Below the pieces are notes generated by a model. It made no database searches and had not been told where the DNA came from. It saw only the letters and a program-made list of their open reading frames with translations. From assembly GCA_031274295.1 (NCBI GenBank), contig JAISQI010000040.1:1190-65189 (forward strand): a DNA stretch of 64,000 bases, written 5' to 3'. The stretch comes from Holosporaceae bacterium. Lineage in GTDB: Bacteria > Pseudomonadota > Alphaproteobacteria > UBA3830. The stretch's first letter is position 1, and the number at the start of each line of letters is the position of its first letter. Positions 37,874-49,014 of this stretch are shown piece by piece. The position numbers and the translations under genes were made by a program.

Positions 37874-39124
37874 ATGGAAAGAACGACAGAGGGTGAGGAG
37901 ATTTTACGCTGTTCGTTTTGCGGAAAAACTCAGCATGAAGTAAAAAAGCTCATCGTTGGACCGACCGTATATATTTGCAACGAATGCATCGAGCTTTGTG
38001 CTGGTATAATATCAGAAGTGCAGTCGAGTACTGCAATTAAAGGAAAAAGCAATCCTCCTTCTCCTCAGGAAATCTGCAAAATACTAAACGACTATGTAAT
38101 AGGTCAAGATAAAGCCAAAAAAGTTCTTTCCGTTGCCATTTATAACCACTATAAGAGATTAGCCCACACAAATAAGAGTTCCTCCGTTGAATTATCCAAG
38201 TCAAATATTCTACTAATCGGACCGACTGGAACAGGGAAAACACTGCTGGCACAAACTCTTGCGAGAATTATCGATGTGCCATTTACCATGGCCGACGCAA
38301 CTACGCTCACTGAAGCGGGATACGTTGGTGAAGACGTGGAAAATATCATCGTGAAACTGCTACAGGCGGCGGATTATAACGTTGAAAAAGCTCAAATGGG
38401 CATAGTTTACATAGATGAAATAGATAAAATCTCAAAAAAATCAGATAACCCTTCAATAACAAGAGACGTATCCGGAGAAGGAGTTCAGCAAGCTCTATTA
38501 AAAATCATGGAAGGAACGATTTCATCTGTTCCGCCACAGGGAGGGAGAAAGCATCCTCAGCAGGAATTTTTACATGTTGATACAACAAATATATTGTTTA
38601 TCTGCGGTGGAGCATTTGCCGGGCTAGATAAAATTATCTCATCTCGCGGAGATAAATCTTCAATTGGATTTGGAGCGGAAATAAAAAATAAAGATGACCG
38701 TGCAGTGGGAGAACTCTTTACAAAAGTTGAACCGGAAGATTTGTTGAAATATGGACTGATACCAGAATTTATAGGACGAGTACCCGTTATAGCAACATTA
38801 AATGATCTAAACAAGGAAGCTTTAGTTTCGATTTTAACAGAACCGAAAAATGCATTGGTAAAACAATACCAAAAATTATTCGAAATGGAGGGAGCTTCGT
38901 TGGTTTTTGCGGATGATGCAATCCCTACCGTTGCGGAACTAGCTCTGGAAAGAAAAACTGGAGCGAGAGGCTTAAGATCAATTATGGAATCCGTTTTGCT
39001 GGATACCATGTACGAGATTCCATCTTGTAAAAACATCGAAGAAGTAATAATTACTAAAGATGTTATTGAAGGTAAATGTAAACCTATACTAAAATACAGC
39101 AAAATTAAAAGTAGCGTCGCCTAG
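37874..39124 (+). CDS. clpX: ATP-dependent Clp protease ATP-binding subunit ClpX
   Basis: Zinc finger CSFCGK...CNEC, Walker [24 protein letters not shown]. Confidence 0.95.
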   Translation: MERTTEGEEILRCSFCGKTQHEVKKLIVGPTVYICNECIELCAGIISEVQSSTAIKGKSNPPSPQEICKILNDYVIGQDKAKKVLSVAIYNHYKRLAHTNKSSSVELSKSNILLIGPTGTGKTLLAQTLARIIDVPFTMADATTLTEAGYVGEDVENIIVKLLQAADYNVEKAQMGIVYIDEIDKISKKSDNPSITRDVSGEGVQQALLKIMEGTISSVPPQGGRKHPQQEFLHVDTTNILFICGGAFAGLDKIISSRGDKSSIGFGAEIKNKDDRAVGELFTKVEPEDLLKYGLIPEFIGRVPVIATLNDLNKEALVSILTEPKNALVKQYQKLFEMEGASLVFADDAIPTVAELALERKTGARGLRSIMESVLLDTMYEIPSCKNIEEVIITKDVIEGKCKPILKYSKIKSSVA

Positions 39125-39133
39125 GAGTTTGTT

Positions 39134-41449
39134 TTGGATTGTCCCGTACTTTCTGTAAGAGATATAGTCATTTTTCCACATGTTGTTGTTCCGTTATTTG
39201 TCGGCCGTTCTAAATCGATCAATGCCTTGGAAGCCGCCATGTCGCGGGATAAAAAAATAATACTCCTAACGCAGAAAAGTCTGCACAACGATGATCCATC
39301 TTTTGTTGATATGTATCACGTTGGGGTATTGGGTAATATTTTGCAAATGCTGAAACTACCTGACGGAACAGTAAAAATTCTCGTCGAAGGAGTTAAGAGA
39401 GTGTCTGTTACCGAATGTATCGACGATAAAGAGTATTATTTAGTTCGGTATGAAATATTAAAAATAGAAGAAATTGATGATGTTCTTGAGCTGGAAGCCT
39501 ATCGTCGCACTGTTATCGACCAGTTTGAGAATTATGCTAAGTTAAATAGAAGAGTATCATTAGACACAGTGTCCGCCATAAAAAGTATGGGATCAGCCAA
39601 TGACTTGATAGACGTGATTTCCGCACATTTAATCTTGAGAATAGAAGACAAGCAGGAACTTTTAAGTGAAATCAACACATCCAAAAGATTCGAGAAGCTC
39701 ATTGCCCTTATGGAATCCGAAATTGACGTAATACATGTCGAACGTAAAATTCGGAATCGCGTAAAAAAGCAAATGGAAAAAAGTCAAAAAGAATATTACC
39801 TAAATGAGCAGATCAAAGCCATCCAAAGGGAGCTTGGCGACTCGGAAAATGCCACCGTGGACGAGATAAAAGAACTCGAGGAAAAAGCGAAAAAAATAAA
39901 ATTTTCCAGCGAAGCGCGAGAGAGATTTAGCGCTGAAATCCGAAAGCTTAAAAATATGTCTCCGATGTCTCCGGAGGCCACCGTTGTTCGTAATTATCTT
40001 GATTGGCTGATAAGTATCCCGTGGAAAAACAAATCACATGGAAAGAAAGACATAAAAGAAGCCAAAGTCATTCTCGATCACGATCACTATGGTTTAGAAA
40101 AGGTCAAAGAAAGAATTTTGGAATTTCTCGCCGTTCAAAATCGCGTTGGAAAGATAAAGGGTTCCGTTCTGTGTTTAGTTGGACCTCCGGGAGTTGGAAA
40201 GACGTCTTTAGCCAGGTCAATTGCTCGAGCCACGGGGCGAAATTACGTCAAGTTTTCCCTAGGAGGAGTGAGAGATGAATCTGAAATTAGAGGTCATCGT
40301 AGGACTTACATAGGATCCATGCCGGGGAAAATTATCGCAGGTATGAAAAAAGCAAAGTCTTCTAATCCTTTGTTCCTTCTGGATGAAATCGACAAGCTCG
40401 GATCCGATTGGAAAGGAGATCCAGCAAGCGCTCTGTTGGAAGTTTTAGATCCGGAGCAAAATTCCACTTTCAATGATCACTATCTGGAAGTAGATTACGA
40501 CTTATCCGACGTAATGTTTGTTACAACCGCCAATACTTTTAAAATCCCCAGTCCTCTGTTGGATAGATTAGAAACCATAAAGCTTTCCGGATATACTGAA
40601 ATTGAGAAGAAAGAAATAGCAAAATCACATTTAATTCCCAAACAAAAAAATGAACATGGTCTTAAGGAAAACGAGTTTTCCATAACTGATGACGCTCTTA
40701 TGACATTGATTCGAGATTACACACGCGAAGCCGGAGTAAGAACGCTTGAGAGAGAATTGGCTAAGCTGGCGAGAAAATCCGTAAAAGAATTGACCGAGAA
40801 TCCAGATAAATCCAAAATAGAAATCACAGTAGATAACCTTGAAAAGTACGCCGGGATTGAAAAATTCAAAAGATTGGGAACGGAAGATAAAAATCTTGTC
40901 GGAGTTGTCACTGGATTAGCATGGACAGAAGTTGGCGGAGAATTGCTATCCATAGAAGCAATTAGCGTGCCCGGAAAGGGGAAAACCACTCTGACTGGAA
41001 AACTTGGCGATGTTATGCAGGAATCAATTCAGGCTGCCATGAGTTTTGTTAGATCACGAGCAGTGTCGTTTGGAATCGACCCCAAAACTTTCGAAAGTAC
41101 GGATTTTCATATTCATGTGCCGGAGGGAGCAACTCCCAAAGATGGACCTTCTGCCGGAGTGGCAATGGTCACGGGTATAGTGTCTTCATTAACCTCTATT
41201 CCGATAAAGAATGACATTGCCATGACCGGAGAAATAACTCTACGCGGGAGAGTTCTTCCGATTGGAGGCCTGAAGGAAAAATTGCTGGCCGCTCATAGAA
41301 GTGGCATAAAAACGGTTATTATTCCCAAAGATAACGAATCGGATCTACAGGAAATTCCGTCCTGCGTTCTAGAAAATGTAAAAATCATAAAAGCAGAAAC
41401 TGCGGACGACGTTTTATCAGTCGCTCTATCTAAAAATTTATCAAAATAA
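39134..41449 (+). CDS. lon: Lon protease
   Basis: VLSVRDIVIFPHVVVPLFVGR, GPPGVGKTS, protease domain PKDGPSAG with catalytic Ser and downstream Lys. TTG start with AGGAG upstream. Confidence 0.95.
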   Translation: MDCPVLSVRDIVIFPHVVVPLFVGRSKSINALEAAMSRDKKIILLTQKSLHNDDPSFVDMYHVGVLGNILQMLKLPDGTVKILVEGVKRVSVTECIDDKEYYLVRYEILKIEEIDDVLELEAYRRTVIDQFENYAKLNRRVSLDTVSAIKSMGSANDLIDVISAHLILRIEDKQELLSEINTSKRFEKLIALMESEIDVIHVERKIRNRVKKQMEKSQKEYYLNEQIKAIQRELGDSENATVDEIKELEEKAKKIKFSSEARERFSAEIRKLKNMSPMSPEATVVRNYLDWLISIPWKNKSHGKKDIKEAKVILDHDHYGLEKVKERILEFLAVQNRVGKIKGSVLCLVGPPGVGKTSLARSIARATGRNYVKFSLGGVRDESEIRGHRRTYIGSMPGKIIAGMKKAKSSNPLFLLDEIDKLGSDWKGDPASALLEVLDPEQNSTFNDHYLEVDYDLSDVMFVTTANTFKIPSPLLDRLETIKLSGYTEIEKKEIAKSHLIPKQKNEHGLKENEFSITDDALMTLIRDYTREAGVRTLERELAKLARKSVKELTENPDKSKIEITVDNLEKYAGIEKFKRLGTEDKNLVGVVTGLAWTEVGGELLSIEAISVPGKGKTTLTGKLGDVMQESIQAAMSFVRSRAVSFGIDPKTFESTDFHIHVPEGATPKDGPSAGVAMVTGIVSSLTSIPIKNDIAMTGEITLRGRVLPIGGLKEKLLAAHRSGIKTVIIPKDNESDLQEIPSCVLENVKIIKAETADDVLSVALSKNLSK

Positions 41450-41546
41450 ATGAGGCAAAAGATGAAAGTTTGCTGCTGCGCCTGAGAACTCGATACGACT
41501 TTGTCATCTAACGTTAATTTACATCCCGTAACGAAATTCGTTTGGG

Positions 41547-43106
41547 TCACCAGGATTCCTTTTTCCACAATTTCCATTGTTTTTGTTTCATCAAATACAG
41601 TCCCGCTGCAGTTGTTATGGAAAATATCAACACTGCGCACCCAATAAACCCAAAATACACGAGCCATTTTATTGATTTCATCCCAAGGCTGGGAGACCAG
41701 TACAAATCACTAAGTTTCAATAGTGAAAAATATGTCGCTAGGGCTGCTGTCGTTTGAGACAGTATTTTATACCAGAATGCTTTTGTAAATTTCAGCGGCA
41801 TTTTCCTGTGAGAAAAATATATAAGGATTATTGCATTTGAAAGGGCTGACAACGATGTACAAACGGTTATTCCAAAATATTTTAAAAATGGAACCAGTAG
41901 AAATAAAAATATTACATTTAATCCGACGGAAAACATCCCAAAAATCACAGGAGATTTTGTATCTCCGGCGGCAAAATACAAAGTTGAAAATACTTTTGTT
42001 AATATATATGCTGGCAGCCCAACGGCAAATCCTGTGACTGCGGATGCTGTAATTCTTACCTGTTCCGCTTCAAACATGCCACGCTGAAATGCAACCGACA
42101 CAGATGGTTCATCCAAAGCCATAAGTACAGACGTAGCAAAAAACGTCAAAAAAAACGAAAATAATAACCCTCTTTCTATTTCGATCATGGCCTTGGCATA
42201 ATCTCCACTATGTATAAACCTAGATAATAACGGTAAAAGAGCTGTGCTAAGAGCTATTCCCAAGGTTCCCAATGGAAACTGATTCAATCTATCCGCAAGG
42301 TTAACGCAGGTGATCGTTCCAGTTGGTAGATATGAAGAAATTGTCGTATCAATCAGTAGATTCAGATGCCAAACTCCAGCCCCGATAATTCCTGGTATCA
42401 TATTTTTCATTACGTCTTTTACTTGGTCAGTCCAACAATGAAATCTGAACATAATATCGAATCCGTGACTTTTTACGGACACAAACAAACAATAGGATTG
42501 AGCTATGCCAGATAACAAAACAAACCATGCTACAATGTGAACGGTAATGTAGTGTGATAGATTCATGGAATAGCCAATAAGTAGTCCGAACATCGTAAAA
42601 ATACTTAATAGTGAATACACTGCCGCCGGTAGTGCAAATTTATTGATGACATTTAATACGCTACAAAAGAATGACGCCAGTGAGATAAAGATTAAATAGG
42701 GAAAGCAGATCCTACCTAAAACTACAGTTAGCTTAAAATTCTCACTGAGAACGTCAAATCCTGAAACTAGTAATTTTAAAAACGAAGGAAAAAATAAAAT
42801 AACAACAATTGTAAATGGAATTAAAAATATCAACAATGCGCTAAACACATTGGATAAATCCACATGGACATCGTTTTTTCCTTTTTGATTTAAAAGTTTA
42901 GAAAATCGCGGTAAAAAAGAAGCGTTAAAAGCACCCTCTGCAAAAATTCTTCGAAAAGTGTTAGCAACTCTGAGCGCAACTAGCAATGCGTCAGAATAGA
43001 CGTTGGCTCCCAGACAAAAAGCCATTACGCATTCCCGCAAGAATCCAATTAGCCTACTGAAGAGTGTAAAAACACCTACCGTAAGGGCATTTTTAATGAC
43101 TTCCAT
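41547..43106 (-). CDS. murJ: lipid II flippase MurJ (MviN)
   Basis: 519 aa, about 14 TM, TLFSRLIGFLRECVMAFCLGA N-terminus typical of MurJ. Confidence 0.85.
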   Translation of the reverse strand: MEVIKNALTVGVFTLFSRLIGFLRECVMAFCLGANVYSDALLVALRVANTFRRIFAEGAFNASFLPRFSKLLNQKGKNDVHVDLSNVFSALLIFLIPFTIVVILFFPSFLKLLVSGFDVLSENFKLTVVLGRICFPYLIFISLASFFCSVLNVINKFALPAAVYSLLSIFTMFGLLIGYSMNLSHYITVHIVAWFVLLSGIAQSYCLFVSVKSHGFDIMFRFHCWTDQVKDVMKNMIPGIIGAGVWHLNLLIDTTISSYLPTGTITCVNLADRLNQFPLGTLGIALSTALLPLLSRFIHSGDYAKAMIEIERGLLFSFFLTFFATSVLMALDEPSVSVAFQRGMFEAEQVRITASAVTGFAVGLPAYILTKVFSTLYFAAGDTKSPVIFGMFSVGLNVIFLFLLVPFLKYFGITVCTSLSALSNAIILIYFSHRKMPLKFTKAFWYKILSQTTAALATYFSLLKLSDLYWSPSLGMKSIKWLVYFGFIGCAVLIFSITTAAGLYLMKQKQWKLWKKESW

Positions 43107-43113
43107 ATTGTTC

Positions 43114-43941
43114 CTAGTCGTTTAATCTTCGAATAAAGGACTCGAGTTCCTCTAACTTGTTGAAATTTATCTCAATTACTCCGCCGTTTTTATTCAATCT
43201 GATGTTTGATTGCAAACCGACCAGAGACGAAATCTGATTGGCTAAATTGAGAATATCTGGATCTATATAATTATCGTTTGATTGATTGTTTTTGCGGTGC
43301 TTAACTAGATCTTCCACCTGTCTTACGTTCAACGCTTGATTCACCACCTGATTAGCAAGGGAGACTGTGTCATCTGTGCCCACAAGAGCACGCGCGTGAC
43401 CGAAGGTTAGCTGGCCGACTTTTATCATATCTTTAACTTCATCCGGCAGAGACAATAGCCTCAGAGTATTTGAAATATGGCTACGGCTTTTTCCTAAAAT
43501 TCCCGACAGTTCCTCCTGAGTATGGCCAAATTCGTCCATCAGCTTTCTATATGCTTCGGCCTCCTCCAAAGGATTTAGATTTTCACGTTGGATATTCTCC
43601 AGTATGGCCACTTCCAATTGATCTTCTCGGCTTATGTCGGTAACAATGGCCGGAATTTCCGTTAATCCAGCGAGTTTAGATGCCCGGAGTCTCCGTTCTC
43701 CGGCAATAAGTTGGTAATTACCATCGCTTTTTTTGATAACTAAGATTGGCTGCAAAACCCCTTTCCGTTCTATTGATTTTGCCAATGAATTAAGACTTTC
43801 TTCATCAAAAACCTGTCGCGGTTGGAACGGATTTTGTACTATAGCGTTTATGTCAATTTCAACAATCTCACGCTCATAACCTCCATAATCTTGTTCTCCG
43901 AGAAACGCAGATAGTCCTCTGCCTAAATTTTTGTTTGTCAT
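43114..43941 (-). CDS. parB: chromosome partitioning protein ParB
   Basis: LGRGLSAFL, NPFQPR, LQPILV, IAGERRLRA, ENIQRENLNPLEEA, GKSRSHISNTLRLL, GHARAL. Confidence 0.9.
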   Translation of the reverse strand: MTNKNLGRGLSAFLGEQDYGGYEREIVEIDINAIVQNPFQPRQVFDEESLNSLAKSIERKGVLQPILVIKKSDGNYQLIAGERRLRASKLAGLTEIPAIVTDISREDQLEVAILENIQRENLNPLEEAEAYRKLMDEFGHTQEELSGILGKSRSHISNTLRLLSLPDEVKDMIKVGQLTFGHARALVGTDDTVSLANQVVNQALNVRQVEDLVKHRKNNQSNDNYIDPDILNLANQISSLVGLQSNIRLNKNGGVIEINFNKLEELESFIRRLND

Positions 43942-44124
43942 CTACCCACCCTGAAATTTTCTTACGAGCCTAAATATAGGAAATATAGCCCATTGGTTTT
44001 TATCAATAAAAACAAGGTTAGTATACTGTGGGCTAGCACATAAGACAACTCGTCTTTATCTTTTGGATTGACAGCCAGCGGTTGTATATATACTATATGC
44101 TGGTTGTATCTTAGCAACAAGTAA

Positions 44125-44463
44125 ATGATGTTGGAAAAATGTATGCCTCGCGCACGTTTTGAAAGGATTATCAGCTCTGACCGCACTATCTTGTTCATGA
44201 AAGGAACTCCTTCTTTTCCGTTGTGTGGGCTATCAGGAAAAATTTGTTTTCTCTTAAAAAAAAGCAGATTGGATTTTAAAACGAAAGATTTACTGCAGGA
44301 TCCGGAATTATATATTTTCCTTCGGGAAAAAAATTCCCCTTCCTCGGTTCCTTATTTATATATGGATGGGAAATTCATGGGTGGATACGATGAGATTTTA
44401 TCAATGTTCAATGAAGGAAAGCTGTGTTTGACCGGGTTCATTCCCAGAGTTAATCCATATTGA
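44125..44463 (+). CDS. grxD: monothiol glutaredoxin (Grx4/GrxD type)
   Basis: ILFMKGTPSFPLCGLSGK (CGLS in place of the canonical CGFS), PYLYMDGKFMGGYD. Confidence 0.8.
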   Translation: MMLEKCMPRARFERIISSDRTILFMKGTPSFPLCGLSGKICFLLKKSRLDFKTKDLLQDPELYIFLREKNSPSSVPYLYMDGKFMGGYDEILSMFNEGKLCLTGFIPRVNPY

Positions 44464-44517
44464 AGAATCTCGCCATTAGTAGTAGCATTTGATGCTATTA
44501 TACTGAAGATTAAATAA

Positions 44518-45240
44518 ATGATAGATCCACTGCATCAATTTACCATATCTCCGATTTTGAAAATTGATATCGGCGGAGTCGATTTATCGTTTACAAATTC
44601 ATCATTATCTGTGCTAGTTACTCTTGTGGCAGTATGTGCAATTCTTTCCATATTCATAGGGAACAAGAAACTTATTCCTGATAGGATGCAGGCCTCCATA
44701 GAGATGCTGTACGAAGCTATAGCGGATATGATAGATACAAATATCGGAAAAAGTGGACAGCATTATTTCCCCTTTGTGTTTTCAGTATTTTTGTTTGTAT
44801 TATTCGGAAACTTAGTTGGCATAATTCCGTACATGTTTACTTTTACAAGTCACATAATCGCGACATTTACCATTGCGATAATTGTATTTATCTTCATAAC
44901 CATACTGGGCGTCGCTTTGCATGGTCTCAATTTTTTGAGCTTATTCGCACCGAGCGGAGTTCCCAAATTTTTGCTTCCATTACTAATTCCAATTGAAATG
45001 ATCTCCTACCTTTCCAAACCAATTAGTCTTTCCATCCGACTTTTTGCAAACATTATGGCAGGCCACACAGTGATGAAAGTTTTTGCCGGATTTGCCGCTA
45101 TGCTGGGAATCCTAGGAATTATTCCCGTTGCAATAAACATTGTTTTAACAGGATTTGAAATATTTATGGCCATTTTACAAGCGTATATATTCACAATGCT
45201 CACTTGTGTATACCTAAATGATACTGTACACTTACACTAG
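44518..45240 (+). CDS. atpB: F0F1 ATP synthase subunit a
   Basis: PISLSIRLFANIMAGH (essential Arg) and position ahead of subunit c. Confidence 0.9.
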   Translation: MIDPLHQFTISPILKIDIGGVDLSFTNSSLSVLVTLVAVCAILSIFIGNKKLIPDRMQASIEMLYEAIADMIDTNIGKSGQHYFPFVFSVFLFVLFGNLVGIIPYMFTFTSHIIATFTIAIIVFIFITILGVALHGLNFLSLFAPSGVPKFLLPLLIPIEMISYLSKPISLSIRLFANIMAGHTVMKVFAGFAAMLGILGIIPVAINIVLTGFEIFMAILQAYIFTMLTCVYLNDTVHLH

Positions 45241-45260
45241 TCATTATTGATGAGGTTGTT

Positions 45261-45485
45261 ATGTCGACAGAAGCGGTTCGTTTCATTAGTGCGGCCATCG
45301 CGATTTTTGCGTTGTACGGTATTGGTACCAGTATGGGAAACTATTTTTCTAACTGGACTAGTGCAGTTGCGCGAAATCCAGAAGCAAATGAAAAAATCAA
45401 AACATTCGGTATGATAGGATTCGTAGCGATTGAATTTATTGCTCTTATGACTTTTGTGGTTGCCGTATTAATTTTGTTTAAATAA
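45261..45485 (+). CDS. atpE: F0F1 ATP synthase subunit c
   Basis: 74 aa hairpin, ARNPEA loop, carboxylate in FVAIEFIAL. Confidence 0.9.
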   Translation: MSTEAVRFISAAIAIFALYGIGTSMGNYFSNWTSAVARNPEANEKIKTFGMIGFVAIEFIALMTFVVAVLILFK

Positions 45486-45502
45486 AGAAAATTGGTGATG
45501 AG

Positions 45503-45952
45503 TTGCCGCAGTTTATCGCATCGACTTTCCCATCTCAGATTTTTTGGGTTACCGTTGGGTTTCTACTAGTTTACCTTTTTATTTCCAAGGTATTTACTCC
45601 TAAAATTGAAAGAATTCTGCTCGATAGAGAGTTTCACATAGATGGTATATTAAAGTCTGCTAATAAGCTAAAAAAAGAAGCCGACGATATGGAGAGGGAT
45701 TCTACGATCTCTATGGAAAATGCGCAGATGGACTCTAAAGCAGCTGAGTTTAAACTCGTATCGACATTTCGGGAACAAAGCCTGGAGGAAAAAAACTCTC
45801 TTTACAATCTGTTTTCCGAACGATCTAAAAAGGAATCTAAGATTTTAGCTCAATCATCGGAAGAAACTTTACAAAGTATATCGGAAAAAATGGACGAAAT
45901 TGTTAGTGCCGCGATGACTAGCATTGCTTGTTCAAGAAAGGGGAAATCGTGA
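45503..45952 (+). CDS. F0F1 ATP synthase subunit b'
   Basis: MPQF...FPSQIFWVTVGFLLVYLFISK, then a charged helix. The alphaproteobacterial order is a-c-b'-b. Confidence 0.75.
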   Translation: MPQFIASTFPSQIFWVTVGFLLVYLFISKVFTPKIERILLDREFHIDGILKSANKLKKEADDMERDSTISMENAQMDSKAAEFKLVSTFREQSLEEKNSLYNLFSERSKKESKILAQSSEETLQSISEKMDEIVSAAMTSIACSRKGKS

Positions 45953-46416
45953 TTATAACTCCCGGTATTTCAATAGTCCTTTCTTTTGTGGGATTCATTT
46001 GGATTTTTATGAAAAAAGCCTACGCTTTTGTAATAGCGATCGTAGACGAGCATATTGATTCGGTAAAAAGCAAGATTAACAATGCTGAATTGCTTGAAAG
46101 AGAAGCGTCTTTAGCCTTAAAGGAAGCGTACGTAAGAAAAAACGACGTCCGGGAGCTTATAGAAAAAAATCGCAAAGAATCCGAAGAAAAAATCCGACGG
46201 CTATATCAAGAAAACGAGCAATATTTAAAAACATTGCGCGAGAGGTTCGACGCATCCTTACAAGCTCAATTGGAGGCTGAATTATCTAGACAAAAGAACT
46301 TACTTATGACCAAACTGTCGGATCAAATCATAAAAAAACTTATGGAACAGATCGACTCCGCCGATTGCAGTATATCCACTAACTTTAAAAAAGATGATTT
46401 GCGAAAATTAATATAG
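45928..46416 (+). CDS. atpF: F0F1 ATP synthase subunit b
   Basis: Single N-terminal TM plus a long charged helix. Last gene of the F0 operon. Confidence 0.7.
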   Translation: MFKKGEIVIITPGISIVLSFVGFIWIFMKKAYAFVIAIVDEHIDSVKSKINNAELLEREASLALKEAYVRKNDVRELIEKNRKESEEKIRRLYQENEQYLKTLRERFDASLQAQLEAELSRQKNLLMTKLSDQIIKKLMEQIDSADCSISTNFKKDDLRKLI

Positions 46417-46465
46417 CTGCACTTTCTATTGTTAGAGATCCGACATTATGAAGATAGATCTTCGT

Positions 46466-47731
46466 TTATTTTATCCCATGCGATTGTAGTGCCACAATAA
46501 CTGGAGATGCATCTCCTTTTCCAACAGTAACAATCGACGCATTCGATAACAAAATTTTATTCATAAGCCTCTGTACGTCCTCTATGGTTACGGAGTTTAT
46601 CTTTTGGATAATTTCTTCTCGCTCGATTGGTCGTTTAAAAATCAGTGTTTGATTTACAATCTGCTCACAGGACGTCGTGTTACTTTCTCTGGCCATCAAC
46701 AGACTGGCCTTAAACTGCGCCTTTGTTCTTTTTATTTCTTTTTCAGAAACGTTTTCACGCATTTTTACCAATTCACCGGATACTATGTTTGACAGTTCCG
46801 CAAGATTATAGACCGAGGTTGCCGCGTAAACTCCAAACAGGCCATTTTTCTTGTAAGAGGAAGAAAAAGAATAAATGGTGTACGCCAGTCCTTTTTTCTC
46901 CCGCACTTCCTGAAACAGCCTGGAAGACATTCCTCCTCCAAGAACCGATGCCAGAATGGCGAGAGTGTAATAATCATCGCTTAGACTTGATAGTCCTTCG
47001 AATCCGATTATTACGTGAGTTTGTTCCAGATCTCTTAGGTCCGAATACGCTCCCCCTACATAGTTGTAACGTTTATCGTGGACTGGAGTTACATCCGCTT
47101 TGAATCCGGCAAAGTATTTATCGGCGCGGCTCAACAGCTCATCGTGGTCGACATTTCCAGCGGCTGCAAAAACTATATTATCCGCATTGTAGTATTTTGA
47201 CCTGTAGTTACGTAAATCAGAGGCGCTCATTTTTAAAACAACCTCCACGGATCCTAAAATCGGACGACCGATGGGCTGATTTGCAAAGGCAACATTTTGA
47301 AAATGATCAAAAATTATATCGTCTGGAGTATCATGGGTCTGGGAGATCTCCTGTAAAATTACCCCTTGTTCTCTTTTTAGTTCTTCGTCGGGAAAAGTTG
47401 GATTCTGCAAGATATCAGACAGAATATTCAACGCCAATGGCATATCTTCTTTTAGCACTTTCGCATGAAAAGCCGTCGTCTCTTTTGATGTATAAGCGTT
47501 TAGATACCCTCCAACCGATTCAATTTCCTCAATGATTTGTTTGGCATTTCTGGACGTTGTACCTTTGAACGCCATGTGTTCAAGAAAATGAGAAATGCCG
47601 CTGTTACTTTCTTCTTCACAGACGCCGCCAGCTTCGATCCAATAGCCAAGAACAACGCTATCGAAATTTTCTATATTCTGCGTAACGACACGAATGCCGT
47701 TATCCAATTGAGTCAAAATAGCCTTGCCCAT
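46466..47731 (-). CDS. M16-family zinc peptidase (pitrilysin / mitochondrial-processing-peptidase-like)
   Basis: Inverted zinc motif HFLEHMAFKGT plus downstream Glu. 421 aa with a two-domain layout. Confidence 0.85.
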   Translation of the reverse strand: MGKAILTQLDNGIRVVTQNIENFDSVVLGYWIEAGGVCEEESNSGISHFLEHMAFKGTTSRNAKQIIEEIESVGGYLNAYTSKETTAFHAKVLKEDMPLALNILSDILQNPTFPDEELKREQGVILQEISQTHDTPDDIIFDHFQNVAFANQPIGRPILGSVEVVLKMSASDLRNYRSKYYNADNIVFAAAGNVDHDELLSRADKYFAGFKADVTPVHDKRYNYVGGAYSDLRDLEQTHVIIGFEGLSSLSDDYYTLAILASVLGGGMSSRLFQEVREKKGLAYTIYSFSSSYKKNGLFGVYAATSVYNLAELSNIVSGELVKMRENVSEKEIKRTKAQFKASLLMARESNTTSCEQIVNQTLIFKRPIEREEIIQKINSVTIEDVQRLMNKILLSNASIVTVGKGDASPVIVALQSHGIK

Positions 47732-48720
47732 TAATCTGCCTCGTCATTTTGGGGAAGCTCTTTAATTCTATTATAGATTCCATGAGTCGTATGAGTAGAG
47801 TACACGGAGTTACTCAAGATTGTCTCATGGTTTATGCTAGCTTTACGTTTAATATTATTTCCCCGTATTTTTCTGTTCGATAGTCTAGAAAATCCCTTTT
47901 TCAAGAGTAAATTCGCCAACGCGTCTCTTTGCTTACTCGTTCTGCCTCCGAGAACTACAGCGATTAGACGATTATTCCCATTAGTGCCTGAAGCTGCTAA
48001 ATTATATCCCGAAGCGTTTACAAAACCGGTTTTTATTCCATCAACTATGATGTTACCTCTTTTGCCCAGCAACTTATAGTGACCTTTTATACATTTGTTA
48101 TTAATACAAAACTGTTTATTAGAAAATAAATGATAATATCCTGGACATTCAAGTAGCAAAGCACGAGCTAACTTGGCCATGTCTCTTGCGGTTGTCAATT
48201 GTCGTGGATTTTTCCATCCTGATGGATTGAAAAACACAGTAGACGACATGCCCAGGCGTTTTGCTTCGTTATTCATCAGATGTACGAATTTTTTTTCAGT
48301 GCCGCCTATATGTTCTGCCAGAGCGACAGCAATGTCATTGGCTGATTTGACAATCAACGCTAGAATGGCATGCTGAATAGCTATGGATTCTCCGCTTTTC
48401 AATCCAAGTACCGACGGTTTTTGCGACGCAGCGTTGCTAGAAACACGAATCAAAGTGGTCGGATGTATTTTCTTTTGCTGTAGAGCTTTAAAAGTTAAAA
48501 GCAAGGTCATCATTTTCGCTAGCGACGCCGGTTGAGTTTTTTGATCCGCATTATATGAATAAATTACCTCGCCACTCTGGGCATTAAGAACAATCGCCGC
48601 ATTTACCGGATAATAAATCGCCTGTAAAAATTCGCCATCTAAAAAAAACACAAATATAAAAAGCAAACGCTTTAACAAAATGACCTCTTGAAACCGACAG
48701 TGGCGTAGTTCACCGAGCAC
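47731..48720 (-). CDS. D-alanyl-D-alanine carboxypeptidase (PBP5/6, S11 family)
   Basis: SxxK motif PASLAKMMT, SAND (SxN), KTGF (KTG). The start codon is uncertain. Confidence 0.8.
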   Translation of the reverse strand: MLGELRHCRFQEVILLKRLLFIFVFFLDGEFLQAIYYPVNAAIVLNAQSGEVIYSYNADQKTQPASLAKMMTLLLTFKALQQKKIHPTTLIRVSSNAASQKPSVLGLKSGESIAIQHAILALIVKSANDIAVALAEHIGGTEKKFVHLMNNEAKRLGMSSTVFFNPSGWKNPRQLTTARDMAKLARALLLECPGYYHLFSNKQFCINNKCIKGHYKLLGKRGNIIVDGIKTGFVNASGYNLAASGTNGNNRLIAVVLGGRTSKQRDALANLLLKKGFSRLSNRKIRGNNIKRKASINHETILSNSVYSTHTTHGIYNRIKELPQNDEAD

Positions 48721-48947
48721 TAGGAAGTTTTAAGACCAAACGCCTGATAGCGAGTTTTGAATTTTGCAAGCTGTCCGCCCGTATCAACTAATTGACGAAC
48801 ACATGTCCAAGCGGGATGCGACTTGGGATCAATATCAAGCTTTAGCGTGTCGCCTTCTTTCCCCCATGTGGATTTTGTTTTAAAAGTAAAGCCGTCCGTC
48901 ATTATAACATTTATTTCATGATAATCCGGATGTATATTTTTTTTCAT
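48720..48947 (-). CDS. rpmE: 50S ribosomal protein L31
   Basis: [19 protein letters not shown]...HPAWT...[17 protein letters not shown] at 48947 is chosen over the longer ORF. Confidence 0.9.
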   Translation of the reverse strand: MKKNIHPDYHEINVIMTDGFTFKTKSTWGKEGDTLKLDIDPKSHPAWTCVRQLVDTGGQLAKFKTRYQAFGLKTS

Positions 48948-49014
48948 AAAAGTAGTTCCTCTCAACGTGAGGACAATGTTATATAAAGTCAGCAAAAATC
49001 ACAATAGTTTCTTG

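Noticed and set aside
41293-41667. 124-aa ORF spanning the lon 3' end, the spacer and the murJ 3' end.
   Set aside because: It overlaps two confident convergent genes and has no motif. Most likely spurious.
43962-44198. 78-aa ORF between parB and grxD.
   Set aside because: It overlaps the grxD start region, is AT-rich with odd composition, and has no motif.
44125-44463. Monothiol glutaredoxin active site reads CGLS instead of CGFS.
   Set aside because: This is a conservative Phe-to-Leu change next to the active Cys. It is likely within normal family variation and is noted only in the feature evidence.
46450-46463. Hairpin GAAGAT-AG-ATCTTC between convergent atpF and the M16 peptidase, as a possible terminator.
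   Set aside because: The stem is short and AT-rich, the loop is too small, and the T-run is weak. That is not convincing enough to call.
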